A DNA stretch of 45,421 bases, taken from assembly GCA_021788195.1 (NCBI GenBank), contig JAJYKY010000002.1, positions 1 through 45,421 on the forward strand, in the 5' to 3' direction. Position 1 is the stretch's first letter; every line of letters begins with the position of its first letter. Made by a program: the position numbers and the translations under genes. The notes below the pieces were generated by a model. It saw nothing but the letters and a program-made list of their open reading frames with translations. It had not been told where the DNA came from and did not search any database. Source of the DNA: a bacterium. Lineage in GTDB: Bacteria; Patescibacteriota; Microgenomatia; JAMCZE01. Of the stretch, positions 8,063 through 17,150 are shown piece by piece.

Positions 8063-9655
8063 ATGAGAATTCCCAAAGCAGTTCTGATTTTAGTTCTGGC
8101 CGGAATTATTCTGTATTTCCCGACGCTCTTTAACGGGTTTGTCTGGGATGACGAGGAACTGATTTTAAATAACACTCAGGTACACTCTTTAGCCAACTGG
8201 CCGGCTTTTTTATCCGGCAGTACTTTTAACAGCGGCGGCGGGGGGAATTTGGCCGGACTTTACTACAAGCCGTTGATGACCATGGCTTTTTCTCTGCTTT
8301 ACACCCTGTTCGGGCCAAGCGCCTGGGCTTTTCATGCTTTTCAGATCGGTATCCATATTGCCAACGCCGTCCTTCTTTTTTACCTGCTGCGGCGGCTTTT
8401 CTCACCGTACCGGGTGCCGGGGGTGCTGCCGGAAATTTTGGCCATGCTCTTTCTGATTCATCCGATTAATACGGAGGCGACGGTCTACATTGCGGATTAC
8501 CAGGATGTCCTTTTCTTCTTTTTCGGTATTTTAGCTTTTCTTTCCGTCTTAAAAACCGGCGACAGGCAATTAAAAACAGCTCCGGCAAAACCGGTACTTG
8601 TGTGGTCGGGACTGATTCTTCTGTCTCTTTTATCCAAAGAAACCGGAGTCGTGTTTACGGCCGTAATTTTCGTCTATATTTTCCTTTTCTCCCGGGAAAA
8701 ATTAAGATATTTTGTGCCGGCGGGAATTTTAGCGGCCGGAGTTTACGCCGTTTTGCGTTTCGGGGTGGCCCATATTTTCTTTAACAAGCACGGCCTGACG
8801 CCGATAACGACGATGCCCCTTTCCGACCGGTTGATAAATATTCCGGCGATAATCTGGTTTTACCTGAAAACTTTCTTCTGGCCGCAAAATCTGGCCATAA
8901 ATCAACAATGGGTGGTACGAAGTATTGACCCGATTACGGTCTTGGCTGATTTAGGGATTTTGGGCGGCTTGGGAGGTTTGGGGGTACTGGTCTATAAAAA
9001 GAAACGGGAAATTTTTCCGCTTTGGGTTTTCTTTTTAATCTGGTTTTTGCTGGCCCTGACTTTTCATCTGCAGATTTTCCCCCTGGACCTGACTGTTTCC
9101 GACCGTTGGTTTTATCTCCCGGCTGTCGGACTTTTAGGAATGCTGGTTCTGGCCGGCGGTCTTAAAAGATGGGGAAGACGGGAAATTTTGGGTTTTTGGA
9201 TTATTGTCTTAATTCTGTCCGTAAGGACCTGGATGCGGGAGTTTGACTGGCGCGACGGTCTGACCTTGTACCGCCACGATATAAATTTGTCGCCGAACGC
9301 TTTTGATTTGGAAAATAATTACGGCGTGGAGCTTTTCCGGCACGGAGACCTAGCTGACGCTAAAGTGCATTTTATCAGATCGACAGAGCTTAGCCCGCAG
9401 TGGTGGACAAACTGGAACAACCTCGGGGTCATTTACGAACGGGAAGGAAACCCGGCCGAAGCGGCCGAAGATTACCGGAAAGCCATTGATAACGGGAATT
9501 ATTACCTTGCTTATGAAAACTACGCAGCCATCCTTTTGAAAACGGGGAAAAACGCTCAGGCCCGGGAGTTTCTGGAAAAAGAAGCTTTGCCCAGACTGCC
9601 CTTTAACGTGAGGCTAAAGGAGCTTTATGCCTTATCTCTCCAGTTGCCCCGGTAG
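8063..9655 (+). CDS. multi-pass membrane GT-C-type glycosyltransferase with C-terminal TPR repeats (TMTC/PMT-like)
   Basis: FVWDDEELILNN loop motif after TM1, about 10 TM segments, and TPR-like LADAKVHFIRSTELSP...GNPAEAAEDYRKAI. Confidence 0.7.
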   Translation: MRIPKAVLILVLAGIILYFPTLFNGFVWDDEELILNNTQVHSLANWPAFLSGSTFNSGGGGNLAGLYYKPLMTMAFSLLYTLFGPSAWAFHAFQIGIHIANAVLLFYLLRRLFSPYRVPGVLPEILAMLFLIHPINTEATVYIADYQDVLFFFFGILAFLSVLKTGDRQLKTAPAKPVLVWSGLILLSLLSKETGVVFTAVIFVYIFLFSREKLRYFVPAGILAAGVYAVLRFGVAHIFFNKHGLTPITTMPLSDRLINIPAIIWFYLKTFFWPQNLAINQQWVVRSIDPITVLADLGILGGLGGLGVLVYKKKREIFPLWVFFLIWFLLALTFHLQIFPLDLTVSDRWFYLPAVGLLGMLVLAGGLKRWGRREILGFWIIVLILSVRTWMREFDWRDGLTLYRHDINLSPNAFDLENNYGVELFRHGDLADAKVHFIRSTELSPQWWTNWNNLGVIYEREGNPAEAAEDYRKAIDNGNYYLAYENYAAILLKTGKNAQAREFLEKEALPRLPFNVRLKELYALSLQLPR

Positions 9656-9752
9656 TTCAAAAGGACTAAAATAGCGGTTACGCAGAAGTTGTTTCTGTTT
9701 ATTGTTCGTGGAAGGATAAAGGTAATCGAAGAAAGGAAGGTGCAAAGTTATT

Positions 9753-9938
9753 ATGGTAGTCGTTAAAGCCCAACCCGGCCAGTCATCGGATCAGGTCATC
9801 AGAGCTTTCCAAAAAAAGGTCCTCACGGAGGACATTTTGGGCGAGCTTAAAAAAAGGGAGTTTTATCAAAAACCCGCCTTAGTACGGAAGGCAAAAGCCA
9901 TGGCAAGAAAACATCCCAACCGGAGACAAACCTACTAA
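9753..9938 (+). CDS. rpsU: 30S ribosomal protein S21
   Basis: VVVKAQPGQSSDQVIRAFQKKV...REFYQKPALVRKAK. Confidence 0.93.
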   Translation: MVVVKAQPGQSSDQVIRAFQKKVLTEDILGELKKREFYQKPALVRKAKAMARKHPNRRQTY

Positions 9939-9991
9939 AATTACTAATTTCTAATTGACCTAATTTCTGAATTATTTAGGAATTAGTAATT
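9939..9991. repeat. nested inverted repeat filling the rpsU-yqeY spacer (AATTACTAATT ... AATTAGTAATT, inner CCTAA/TTAGG)
   Basis: 11-bp perfect arms at 9939-9949 and 9981-9991. Confidence 0.75.
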
Positions 9992-9996
9992 AAGAT

Positions 9997-10434
9997 ATGC
10001 TTTTAGATCAGCTCCAGTCAGAGTTAAATGCGGCGCTTAAAAATCGCGATCAGCTTCGTGTGGGGACCCTCCGGTTTTTGTTGGGCGCGATTTTTAATTT
10101 CCAGATTGAGAAGGGCAAGGATTATGTGGCTTGTGACAATGATGTTTTGAATATTATTGCCCGGCAGGTCAAAACCCACCGGGAGTCGATTGAAATGTTC
10201 GGAAAGGGCGGGAGAAACGATCTCGTTGATCGGGAAAAGGCGGAACTGGCAATTTTGGAAAGCTATCTGCCGGCCCAGATGAGCGAAGGAGAAATCAAAG
10301 TTAAAATTACCCAGATTAAGGAAAATAATCCGGGACTGGATTTCGGGGGATTGATGAAATTGGCGATGGGAGAACTGCGGGGAAAAGCCGACGGAGCGGT
10401 AGTTTCCCGGCTGGTAAAAGAGGTGGTATCCTGA
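9997..10434 (+). CDS. GatB/YqeY domain protein
   Basis: LNAALKNRDQLRVGTLRFLLGAI and ILESYLPAQMSEGEI. Confidence 0.85.
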   Translation: MLLDQLQSELNAALKNRDQLRVGTLRFLLGAIFNFQIEKGKDYVACDNDVLNIIARQVKTHRESIEMFGKGGRNDLVDREKAELAILESYLPAQMSEGEIKVKITQIKENNPGLDFGGLMKLAMGELRGKADGAVVSRLVKEVVS

Positions 10435-10436
10435 GT

Positions 10437-10826
10437 ATGCCGGACATTCAGATCAACTGCGAATCGCGGTACAAAACCAATAAAGAATTTCTGGCCAAAC
10501 ATTTGGCCAGGGTTTTGGACGAAGAGGGAATTAAGGGAAGTACGGCGGTTTCGGTTCTGATCTGCGGCAAGAGGAAAGTCCGGGAGCTGGCCCGCCGTTA
10601 TCTTCGGGCTCCGGAAGACCATAACGTTCTTTCCTTCGTTTATTCGGAAATTAAAAAGCCCTTCGTAGATTATCCGGACAATACTCTGAACCTGGGCGAG
10701 ATTGTAGTCTGCTATCCCTTGGCCCAGGAAGAAGCGATGGAAGAAAACAAAATGGTGGACCAGGCTGTAGCCGAACTGGCCGAACACGGTTTGAGACATT
10801 TATTAGGCCAGCACCATGAGGAATAA
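10437..10826 (+). CDS. ybeY: rRNA maturation endoribonuclease YbeY
   Basis: C-terminal metal motif EHGLRHLLGQHH (compare HGxLHLxGYDH), plus size and context after rpsU/yqeY. Confidence 0.8.
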   Translation: MPDIQINCESRYKTNKEFLAKHLARVLDEEGIKGSTAVSVLICGKRKVRELARRYLRAPEDHNVLSFVYSEIKKPFVDYPDNTLNLGEIVVCYPLAQEEAMEENKMVDQAVAELAEHGLRHLLGQHHEE

Positions 10827-10847
10827 AATTTTCAATGATTGAAAATT
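10827..10847. repeat. perfect palindrome AATTTTCAAT-g-ATTGAAAATT between ybeY and dnaX
   Basis: 10-bp arms, beginning the base after the ybeY stop codon. Confidence 0.75.
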
Positions 10848-10852
10848 GATTT

Positions 10853-12244
10853 ATGTACTACACAAAATATCGTCCTCAGACATTTGCCGAGCTGGATAAC
10901 GAAAGAATCAAACAAACTTTAGTTCCGGCAATTTTGAATAACAAGGTTTCCCACGCCTATCTTTTGACCGGGCCGCGGGGGACGGGGAAAACTACCACCG
11001 CCAGGCTTATAGCAAAAACTCTAAACTGCCAAAACCGAAAGACGGGCGAGGAACCCTGCAACCGGTGCGATTCCTGTTTGGCTATTATGGAAGGAAGAAG
11101 CCTGGATGTTGTCGAGATTGATGCTGCGAGCAACACCAGCGTTGAAGACATCCGGGATCTTCGGGAAAAAGTGAAACTGGCGCCGACCGTCGGGCCTTAC
11201 AAGATTTACATTATCGACGAAGTGCACATGCTGTCAAACAGCGCTTTCAACGCTCTTCTGAAAACTTTGGAAGAACCGCCGTCCCATGTGGTTTTTGTTC
11301 TGGCGACGACCGATCCGCAAAAGTTACCGGCGACCGTTATTTCCCGGTGCCAGCGTTTCGACTTTTCCGCGGGGAGCAGAGAGGAAACTACCCGGGCGAT
11401 AAAAAGAGCGGCCAAGGGCGAAGGTTTGGAAATTGAGGAAAAAGTTTTGGAGCAAATCGTCAATCTTTCTTCCGGATCCTTCCGCGACGCGCATAAAATT
11501 CTTGAGCAATTGGCTTCCCAGAGTGCTAAAATCACAATGTCGGGTATTGAAGCGCTAAAACCTCAAATCTCTTCCGATGTTAGCGAAAAATTTCTGATAA
11601 TTCTTATTTCCGGCAAGGTTAAGGAAGCTTGGGAACTTTTGGACCGCCTTTCCGCTCAGAATGGTCAGATAAAAAGCTTAATTGAAGAAACCGTGGCTCT
11701 GCTGCGGGAAGAAATTATGCGCCGGAGCGGGATTTTACCCGGCGGGGAAAAAATTTCTTTAACAACAGCGGAAATTACCGATCTTTTAAGCCGCTTAAAT
11801 AAGGCTTATGGAGAGTTACGCGATGCGGTTACCCCGGCCTTACCTTTGGAACTGTTAGTTGTTGAATGGCATAACCGAAAAGGCCAGCCGATTTCAAAAA
11901 TAGAAGAGCCGGAAGAACGGGCTAAAGAAGAGAAAACGGAAATCGTAAAAACTCAGAAGACGGAAAATGTTGCGTCGGATCGCGACGAAAATTTAAATCT
12001 AACGAAGGAAAACTGGCAGGAAGTTTTGGCCAAAACCAAGCCGTTTAACCATAGTCTGACGGCCTTTCTGCGGGCGGCCAAACCCCGGGAATTTCGCGGC
12101 AAAATCTTGATGGTTGAAGTGGCCTATAAGTTTCATTTGGAGAAGCTGTCGGAAGAGAAAAATCGGCACATCGTGGAAGAAGTTATTTCTGATATAATAG
12201 GCAGAGCAATTCGGGTGAAATTCGAACTGGCAAGAAAAGAGTAA
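10853..12244 (+). CDS. dnaX: DNA polymerase III gamma/tau subunit
   Basis: GPRGTGKTT Walker A, IIDEVHML, Zn module CQNRKTGEEPCNRCDSC, and SRCQRF sensor. Confidence 0.93.
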   Translation: MYYTKYRPQTFAELDNERIKQTLVPAILNNKVSHAYLLTGPRGTGKTTTARLIAKTLNCQNRKTGEEPCNRCDSCLAIMEGRSLDVVEIDAASNTSVEDIRDLREKVKLAPTVGPYKIYIIDEVHMLSNSAFNALLKTLEEPPSHVVFVLATTDPQKLPATVISRCQRFDFSAGSREETTRAIKRAAKGEGLEIEEKVLEQIVNLSSGSFRDAHKILEQLASQSAKITMSGIEALKPQISSDVSEKFLIILISGKVKEAWELLDRLSAQNGQIKSLIEETVALLREEIMRRSGILPGGEKISLTTAEITDLLSRLNKAYGELRDAVTPALPLELLVVEWHNRKGQPISKIEEPEERAKEEKTEIVKTQKTENVASDRDENLNLTKENWQEVLAKTKPFNHSLTAFLRAAKPREFRGKILMVEVAYKFHLEKLSEEKNRHIVEEVISDIIGRAIRVKFELARKE

Positions 12245-12258
12245 GGGGGTGCAGATTT

Positions 12259-12537
12259 ATGGGAATGTTTGACGGATTAAAACAGCTTGGTGACTTAAAC
12301 CAAATGCGCCAGCAGGCGCAAAAAATTCAGCAGCAGCTCGCAGCCGAACGGATTGAAGTTTCCAAACAAACCGGCAAAGGACTCTTAAAAATCGTGATGA
12401 CCGGCGACCAGAAAATTGTGGAAATTTCTCTGGATGGGGCGCGGGATAAGGAACTGGAACAGGCGCTGGGGGAAGCTCTTTATAAGTCGCAGATGGCCGC
12501 TGCCGGTAAACTCCAGCAATTGTCCGGAGGGAAATAA
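12259..12537 (+). CDS. ybaB: YbaB/EbfC nucleoid-associated protein
   Basis: Size, Q-rich N-terminal helix, GLLKIVMTGDQKIVEISLD, and position between dnaX and recR. Confidence 0.85.
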   Translation: MGMFDGLKQLGDLNQMRQQAQKIQQQLAAERIEVSKQTGKGLLKIVMTGDQKIVEISLDGARDKELEQALGEALYKSQMAAAGKLQQLSGGK

Positions 12538-12631
12538 TAAGATCTCTGGCTGCTTGCGATTATTTTTTCTGCGCCGGTGTTATCTATTTTAAGGGCCTGC
12601 CGGCTCGCCGTCACCCTTCTAATACGAAGGT

Positions 12632-13237
12632 ATGTCTTATCCGAAACAAATTCAAAACCTGATCGAGGCCTTTCAGAGGCTTCCCGGTGTTGGGGAAAAA
12701 ACGGCGGCCCGGCTGACCTTTTACCTTCTTCATGTCCCGGATACGGAAATTAATAAACTTGGGAATGCTGTCTTAGGATTAAAGAAAGATATCTTTTTGT
12801 GTTCAATATGTAGAAATATTAGCGACAAGGAGGTCTGCGAAATTTGCAGTAATTCTTCCCGGGACAAAGCCATAATTTCCGTGGTCGAACAACCGCTGGA
12901 TGTTTTTAGCTTCGAAGCCACCGGGAAGTACTGGGGCTTTTATCATGTTCTCCACGGCGTGATTGATCCTCTGCACGGTGTCGGCCCGGACGAACTCTAT
13001 CTTAAGGATTTGCTGATCCGGCTGGGCCCGGGCTCGCCGGTTAAAGAAGTGATTTTGTCCTTAAATCCGACAATGGAAGGGGAAGCGACGGCCATGTACC
13101 TGGCTAAACAGATAAAGGAACTGAACCCGAAAGTGGCCATAACCCGGCTGGGAGTCGGGATGCCAATCGGCGGCGATATCGAATATGCCGACGAGACGAC
13201 CCTTTCCCGGGCTCTCGAGGGGCGCAGGCCCTTTTAA
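12632..13237 (+). CDS. recR: recombination protein RecR
   Basis: LPGVGEKTAARL HhH, C4 finger CSICRNISDKEVCEICSN, and a Toprim region. Confidence 0.95.
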   Translation: MSYPKQIQNLIEAFQRLPGVGEKTAARLTFYLLHVPDTEINKLGNAVLGLKKDIFLCSICRNISDKEVCEICSNSSRDKAIISVVEQPLDVFSFEATGKYWGFYHVLHGVIDPLHGVGPDELYLKDLLIRLGPGSPVKEVILSLNPTMEGEATAMYLAKQIKELNPKVAITRLGVGMPIGGDIEYADETTLSRALEGRRPF

Positions 13238-13260
13238 AATTTTCACCGTGAACAAATAAG

Positions 13261-13566
13261 GTGACGAACAAAAATTTAATCTCAGAGGCAAAGGACAGGC
13301 TGAAAACGGTTATGGATCCGGAGTTGAACGTCAATATCGTCGATTTGGGACTGATTTACGGGATAACCGTGAAAAACGGTACCGCCAATATTCTTCTGAC
13401 TTTAACTACTCCGGGCTGCCCGTTAAGCCCGGTTTTCGAGGCGATGATAAAAGAAGCCCTGAAAGAGGTGAACGGCGTGAACAACGTTCGGGTCGAGCTG
13501 ACTTTTATCCCGCCCTGGACCCCGGACAAAATGGCCTCCCAGGCTCGGACAGCCTTAGGCTTTTAA
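13261..13566 (+). CDS. DUF59 (SufT/PaaD-like) Fe-S assembly protein
   Basis: VMDPELNVNIVDLGLIYGI and LTLTTPGCPL. GTG start. Confidence 0.8.
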   Translation: MTNKNLISEAKDRLKTVMDPELNVNIVDLGLIYGITVKNGTANILLTLTTPGCPLSPVFEAMIKEALKEVNGVNNVRVELTFIPPWTPDKMASQARTALGF

Positions 13567-13595
13567 AGCGGCTTTGGTTGGAGTAGAATTAAAGT

Positions 13596-14573
13596 ATGGA
13601 AGGCATCATCAAGCCAAAAGCCCTGCAGAAGGGAGACACGATCGCGATTATTGCTCCTTCGGAACCGATTAATAAATCCCAACTCGAAAAGACCCGCCGC
13701 TTTTTAGAAAACACCGGCTACAAAGTTAAGGCCGGCGAAAACGTTTTAGCCGCTATCGGTGACTATGTCGCCGGAACTCCGGCCCAGCGGTCAGCGGATT
13801 TCAATTGGGCCTTTGCTGATCCGGAGGTTAAAGCGGTTTTTATGGCGGTTGGTGGTTTTGGCGCCGGCCAGATTTTGGACAAGATTGATTTCAGTGTTAT
13901 CCGGGCCAATCCGAAGATTTTTGTCGGTTACTCCGACGCGACGACTTTGCAATTAGCCATGCTGGCGGAAACCTGTCTTTTAACTTTCCACGGGCCGAAT
14001 GCGATCTCGCTTCCGGATTTTCGTCCGGCCGGCTACACGATGAGTAACTTCTGGCGGCAGCTTTCGGCTCCGGAAGGCGAGATTCAGCCAAAGACGACGG
14101 TTGTTCAGCCGCAGTCGGTCTGGCAGGAGATCCGTCCGGGCAAGGGCGAGGGGATCCTGTTTGGCGGGAATTTAAGCTGTATCAGCAAGCTTTTAGGAAC
14201 CCGCTGGGATCCGTTACCGGCTTTGGACAAACACTTCGGCCCGGACGCTAAATACTTGCTTTTCTGGGAGGAAGATTATGAACAGTTTTCGGAAATCATG
14301 CGCAGTCTTTGGCAAATCAGAAATACCGGCTTTTTTGCCAAACTTTCCGGGATGATTGTCGGAAAACTGACGGCGGTTGCGGAAGTGGATTACCGGGTTT
14401 TTCCGACAAAAAAGGAGCTGATCCGGGAAATTACCGAGCCGTTTGGGATTCCGGTTCTTTACGGTGTGGATTTTGGCCACGAGGTCCCGCGGGCCACGTT
14501 TCCGATCGGGGTTCGGGCAATGATGGATGCGAAAGAAAAAAAGCTGGAAATTTTAGAGGCGGCCGTGGTCTAA
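13596..14573 (+). CDS. S66 LD-carboxypeptidase (LdcA/MccF family)
   Basis: LQKGDTIAIIAPSEP, nucleophile context GYSDATTL, and FGHEVP. Confidence 0.85.
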   Translation: MEGIIKPKALQKGDTIAIIAPSEPINKSQLEKTRRFLENTGYKVKAGENVLAAIGDYVAGTPAQRSADFNWAFADPEVKAVFMAVGGFGAGQILDKIDFSVIRANPKIFVGYSDATTLQLAMLAETCLLTFHGPNAISLPDFRPAGYTMSNFWRQLSAPEGEIQPKTTVVQPQSVWQEIRPGKGEGILFGGNLSCISKLLGTRWDPLPALDKHFGPDAKYLLFWEEDYEQFSEIMRSLWQIRNTGFFAKLSGMIVGKLTAVAEVDYRVFPTKKELIREITEPFGIPVLYGVDFGHEVPRATFPIGVRAMMDAKEKKLEILEAAVV

Positions 14574-14623
14574 AAATAATTGAAAATTGGAGTTAAGGTT
14601 GGGAAATTGATATTATTAAAGTT

Positions 14624-15058
14624 ATGAAATTTCAGATTTCGAACACATTCGAAAATCTCACCGGCGGGGTGGCGCGGAGTATAGGCCAACAGGTGGCCGG
14701 CCTGCCGGGAGATCTGGCCCGGAAAGCAGAAGAGCAGGTTTTGGGAGGCAAGCCTTCGGAAGAAACCGGGCCGGGAGGGAACGGCCAAACTCCCGAACAG
14801 AAGAGCCCCCTGTCCCCGGGCTACAGAGTGCAGGATTTTAAGCGGGCCCAGCAAAGAATTGCCGAAATCCGCTCCCGGATTGCGGCCATGAACAAGCAGA
14901 CGATTACTTCCCAAACCGAGCAGGCGAAAAAATTAAATATTGCCCCGGCCGGCCCGACCTTTAGACCTGCTCCGGAAAAGCCGCCGGTCTCCGAACTTCC
15001 GGTCTCGGCCAAGCAAGGTAAAGGCACGGGCGAAATTACCCGCGGCGCAATCGGATAA
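14624..15058 (+). CDS. hypothetical low-complexity (P/G/Q/E-rich) protein
   Basis: ORF with TATTAT 7 nt upstream of its ATG. No known motif. Confidence 0.45.
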   Translation: MKFQISNTFENLTGGVARSIGQQVAGLPGDLARKAEEQVLGGKPSEETGPGGNGQTPEQKSPLSPGYRVQDFKRAQQRIAEIRSRIAAMNKQTITSQTEQAKKLNIAPAGPTFRPAPEKPPVSELPVSAKQGKGTGEITRGAIG

Positions 15059-15075
15059 CCCCATTTAATCTCTCC

Positions 15076-15103
15076 AACTTATTTTCCGATCGCAAAATAA
15101 GTT
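15076..15103. promoter_or_regulatory. palindrome AACTTATTTT-ccgatcgc-AAAATAAGTT overlapping the -35 of the downstream regulator gene (copy 1)
   Basis: 10-bp perfect arms. Shares ACTTATT and GATCGCAAAATAAGT with copy 2. Confidence 0.6.
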
Positions 15104-15130
15104 GACAACTTTTTAACTCTCAGACACAAT
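15102..15130 (+). promoter_or_regulatory. sigma70-like promoter TTGACA-17 nt-CACAAT, 7 nt before GTG 15138
   Basis: Consensus -35, 17-nt spacer, -10 with 4/6 matches. Confidence 0.5.
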
Positions 15131-15137
15131 TGCCTTA

Positions 15138-15740
15138 GTGGACGAAGAATTAGAAGAAAAGATAGTTAATTATCTTGACAGCTTGGGTCAACGAGCTCCT
15201 CTCGAAAGGATCCTGTTATATTCTCTCCTTGGTGCTTCAGCTGCCGGTGCGGTCAGTCTTTCGGCTTTGGTACCCGGCTTGGCCAAACTTTTTTCCCGGC
15301 GCGGCCGGAAATACAATTATTGGTCGCTTCGGCGTTCACTAAAGAATTTGCAAAAGAAAGGGTTGGTGGCTGTCGATCAGAGGAATGGTGAGGAATATCT
15401 GCAAACGACGGATAAAGTTAGCTTTGAAAGTCGAGGCATCTTTCAGGAAAATGCTCTCGGTGAGGTTAAAATCCGGAAATCCAAAGCCTGGGACGGAAAG
15501 TGGCGGGTAGTGATTTTTGACGTTCCGGAGAAGTTAAGGAAAGCCAGGGATAGATTCAATAGAAAATTAAAGCAACTCGGGTTTATTTGTATTCAGCGAA
15601 GTGTCTTTGTTTATCCTTTTCCTTGTGAGCCCGAAGTAATCAAAACAGCGGAAATTCTGGAAGTAAATACTTATGTGCAAATCTTTGAAGCAAAATTTCT
15701 ATCCAACGATTATCTGTTAAAAAAGAAATTCAGTTTGTAA
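15138..15740 (+). CDS. PaaX-family-like regulator: wHTH plus a C-terminal Cas2/VapD-like ferredoxin-fold domain
   Basis: SLRRSLKNLQKKGLVAV...EEYLQTTDKV (wHTH-like), and WRVVIFDVPEKLRKARDRFNRKLKQLGFICIQRSVFVYP (PaaX_C/Cas2-like pattern). Confidence 0.6.
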   Translation: MDEELEEKIVNYLDSLGQRAPLERILLYSLLGASAAGAVSLSALVPGLAKLFSRRGRKYNYWSLRRSLKNLQKKGLVAVDQRNGEEYLQTTDKVSFESRGIFQENALGEVKIRKSKAWDGKWRVVIFDVPEKLRKARDRFNRKLKQLGFICIQRSVFVYPFPCEPEVIKTAEILEVNTYVQIFEAKFLSNDYLLKKKFSL

Positions 15741-15741
15741 T

Positions 15742-15769
15742 TACTTATTCCGCGATCGCAAAATAAGTA
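15742..15769. promoter_or_regulatory. palindrome TACTTATT-cc-GCGATCGC-aa-AATAAGTA (copy 2), 2 nt after the regulator stop and 29 nt before the cysS -10 box
   Basis: 8-bp arms plus an inner 8-bp palindrome. 15 nt are identical to copy 1. Confidence 0.6.
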
Positions 15770-15809
15770 GAGGCTGTCGGCAGGCAGGAGTTTCGAGTAT
15801 ACTAATCGT

Positions 15810-17138
15810 ATGGCGCTGAAGTTGTACAACACCCTGTCCAGGAATTTGGAAGAATTTAAGCCGATTAAACCCGGCGGGGTCGGGATTTATTCCTGCGGCC
15901 CGACGGTTTACTGGAACCAGCATGTCGGTCATATGTACGCTTATGTCCAATGGGACGTCCTGGTCCGGGCTCTGGAATATTTAGGCTACAAGGTGAACTG
16001 GGTGATGAACGTGACCGACGTCGGGCACATGACTTCGGATGAGGATACGGGAGAGGATAAAATGGAAAAAGGCGCCGCCCGGGAAGGCGTCTCGGTCTGG
16101 GACCTGGCCAATAAATATATTGCCCAATTTGAAGAAAGTCTCCGCCTTTTAAACGTGGAAATGCCCCATATCGTCCGGGCGACAGAGCATATTCCGGAGC
16201 AGATTGCCTTAATCGAAAAGATTCAAAAAAATGGTTTTGCCTACCGGACAAAAATGGGGGTGGTTTTTGATACCGGTAAAGATCCGGAATACGGCAGGTT
16301 TGCCAATCTCGATTTAACAAAGCAAAAATCGGAAGAACGCCAGGAAGCCGACCCGGAAAAGAAAAACCCCTGGGACTTTTTCCTTTGGTTCACCGGCAAA
16401 CCAACTCACATTATGAAGTGGCCCAGCCCATGGGGAGAAGGTTTCCCGGGTTGGCATATTGAGTGTACGGCTATGTCAACCAAATATTTGGGCGAGCCGT
16501 TTGATATCCATACCGGCGGGATGGAACATATTCCGGTACACCACACCAACGAAATTGCTCAGGCTTACGCCGCTTTCGGCCGGCCCTCGGCCAATTATTG
16601 GCTCCATAATTCTCACTTGTTAGGGAAAGGCGGCGTGAAGATGAGTAAAAGTCTGGGAAACTTCGTCACCGTGGAAGAGCTTAAAGAGAAAGGCTACGAG
16701 CCCTTGGCCTTAAGGTATTTTATTTTGAATTCCCAATACCGGACCGGGGCCAGCTTTAGCTGGGAAGCGCTGACGGCAGCCCAGACCGCTTTGGAAAAAT
16801 TGCGGCGCCGGGCTCAGAGTTTAAGGAAAGGGGAAAGTTATGCTGAAGAATTTAAACAGGCCTTGGAAGATGATTTGAATCTGCCAAAAGCCCTATCTGT
16901 CGCCTGGAAGACCCAGGACCGGGCGGCGCTGGAAAAATTTGACGAAGTTTTAGGCCTGCGGCTTTTTGAAACCAAAGAGGAAATAATTCCGAAAGAGGTA
17001 GAAAAACTTTTAGCCGAGCGGGAAAAACTGCGGACGGAAAAAAAGTTTGCCGAAGCGGATGAAGTGCGTCAAAAGATTTCCGGTCTGGGCTACACCGTAG
17101 AGGACACGCCGGAAGGGGCAAAGGCCCGCAAGACATGA
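15810..17138 (+). CDS. cysS: cysteinyl-tRNA synthetase
   Basis: [15 protein letters not shown] (HIGH), KMSKSLGN, and WHIECTAM. Confidence 0.96.
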   Translation: MALKLYNTLSRNLEEFKPIKPGGVGIYSCGPTVYWNQHVGHMYAYVQWDVLVRALEYLGYKVNWVMNVTDVGHMTSDEDTGEDKMEKGAAREGVSVWDLANKYIAQFEESLRLLNVEMPHIVRATEHIPEQIALIEKIQKNGFAYRTKMGVVFDTGKDPEYGRFANLDLTKQKSEERQEADPEKKNPWDFFLWFTGKPTHIMKWPSPWGEGFPGWHIECTAMSTKYLGEPFDIHTGGMEHIPVHHTNEIAQAYAAFGRPSANYWLHNSHLLGKGGVKMSKSLGNFVTVEELKEKGYEPLALRYFILNSQYRTGASFSWEALTAAQTALEKLRRRAQSLRKGESYAEEFKQALEDDLNLPKALSVAWKTQDRAALEKFDEVLGLRLFETKEEIIPKEVEKLLAEREKLRTEKKFAEADEVRQKISGLGYTVEDTPEGAKARKT

Positions 17139-17150
17139 TACCATGTATCT

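Noticed and set aside
11748-11753. An A6 run in dnaX as a possible gamma/tau frameshift or slippage site.
   Set aside because: The phasing is GAA-AAA-ATT, not an X XXY YYZ slippery heptamer. The run is too short for transcriptional slippage as described for long A tracts. No downstream structure is evident.
15138-15740. A Cas2-like domain as evidence of a CRISPR-Cas locus.
   Set aside because: There is no repeat-spacer array, cas1 or other cas gene anywhere in the window. The wHTH plus Cas2-fold architecture fits PaaX-family regulators better.
15752-15759. GCGATCGC inside the palindromes, which resembles the cyanobacterial HIP1 element.
   Set aside because: I noticed it only within copy 2 of the palindrome pair (copy 1 carries just the CGATCG core). 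Nothing else suggests cyanobacterial origin. It is most simply part of the palindrome core.
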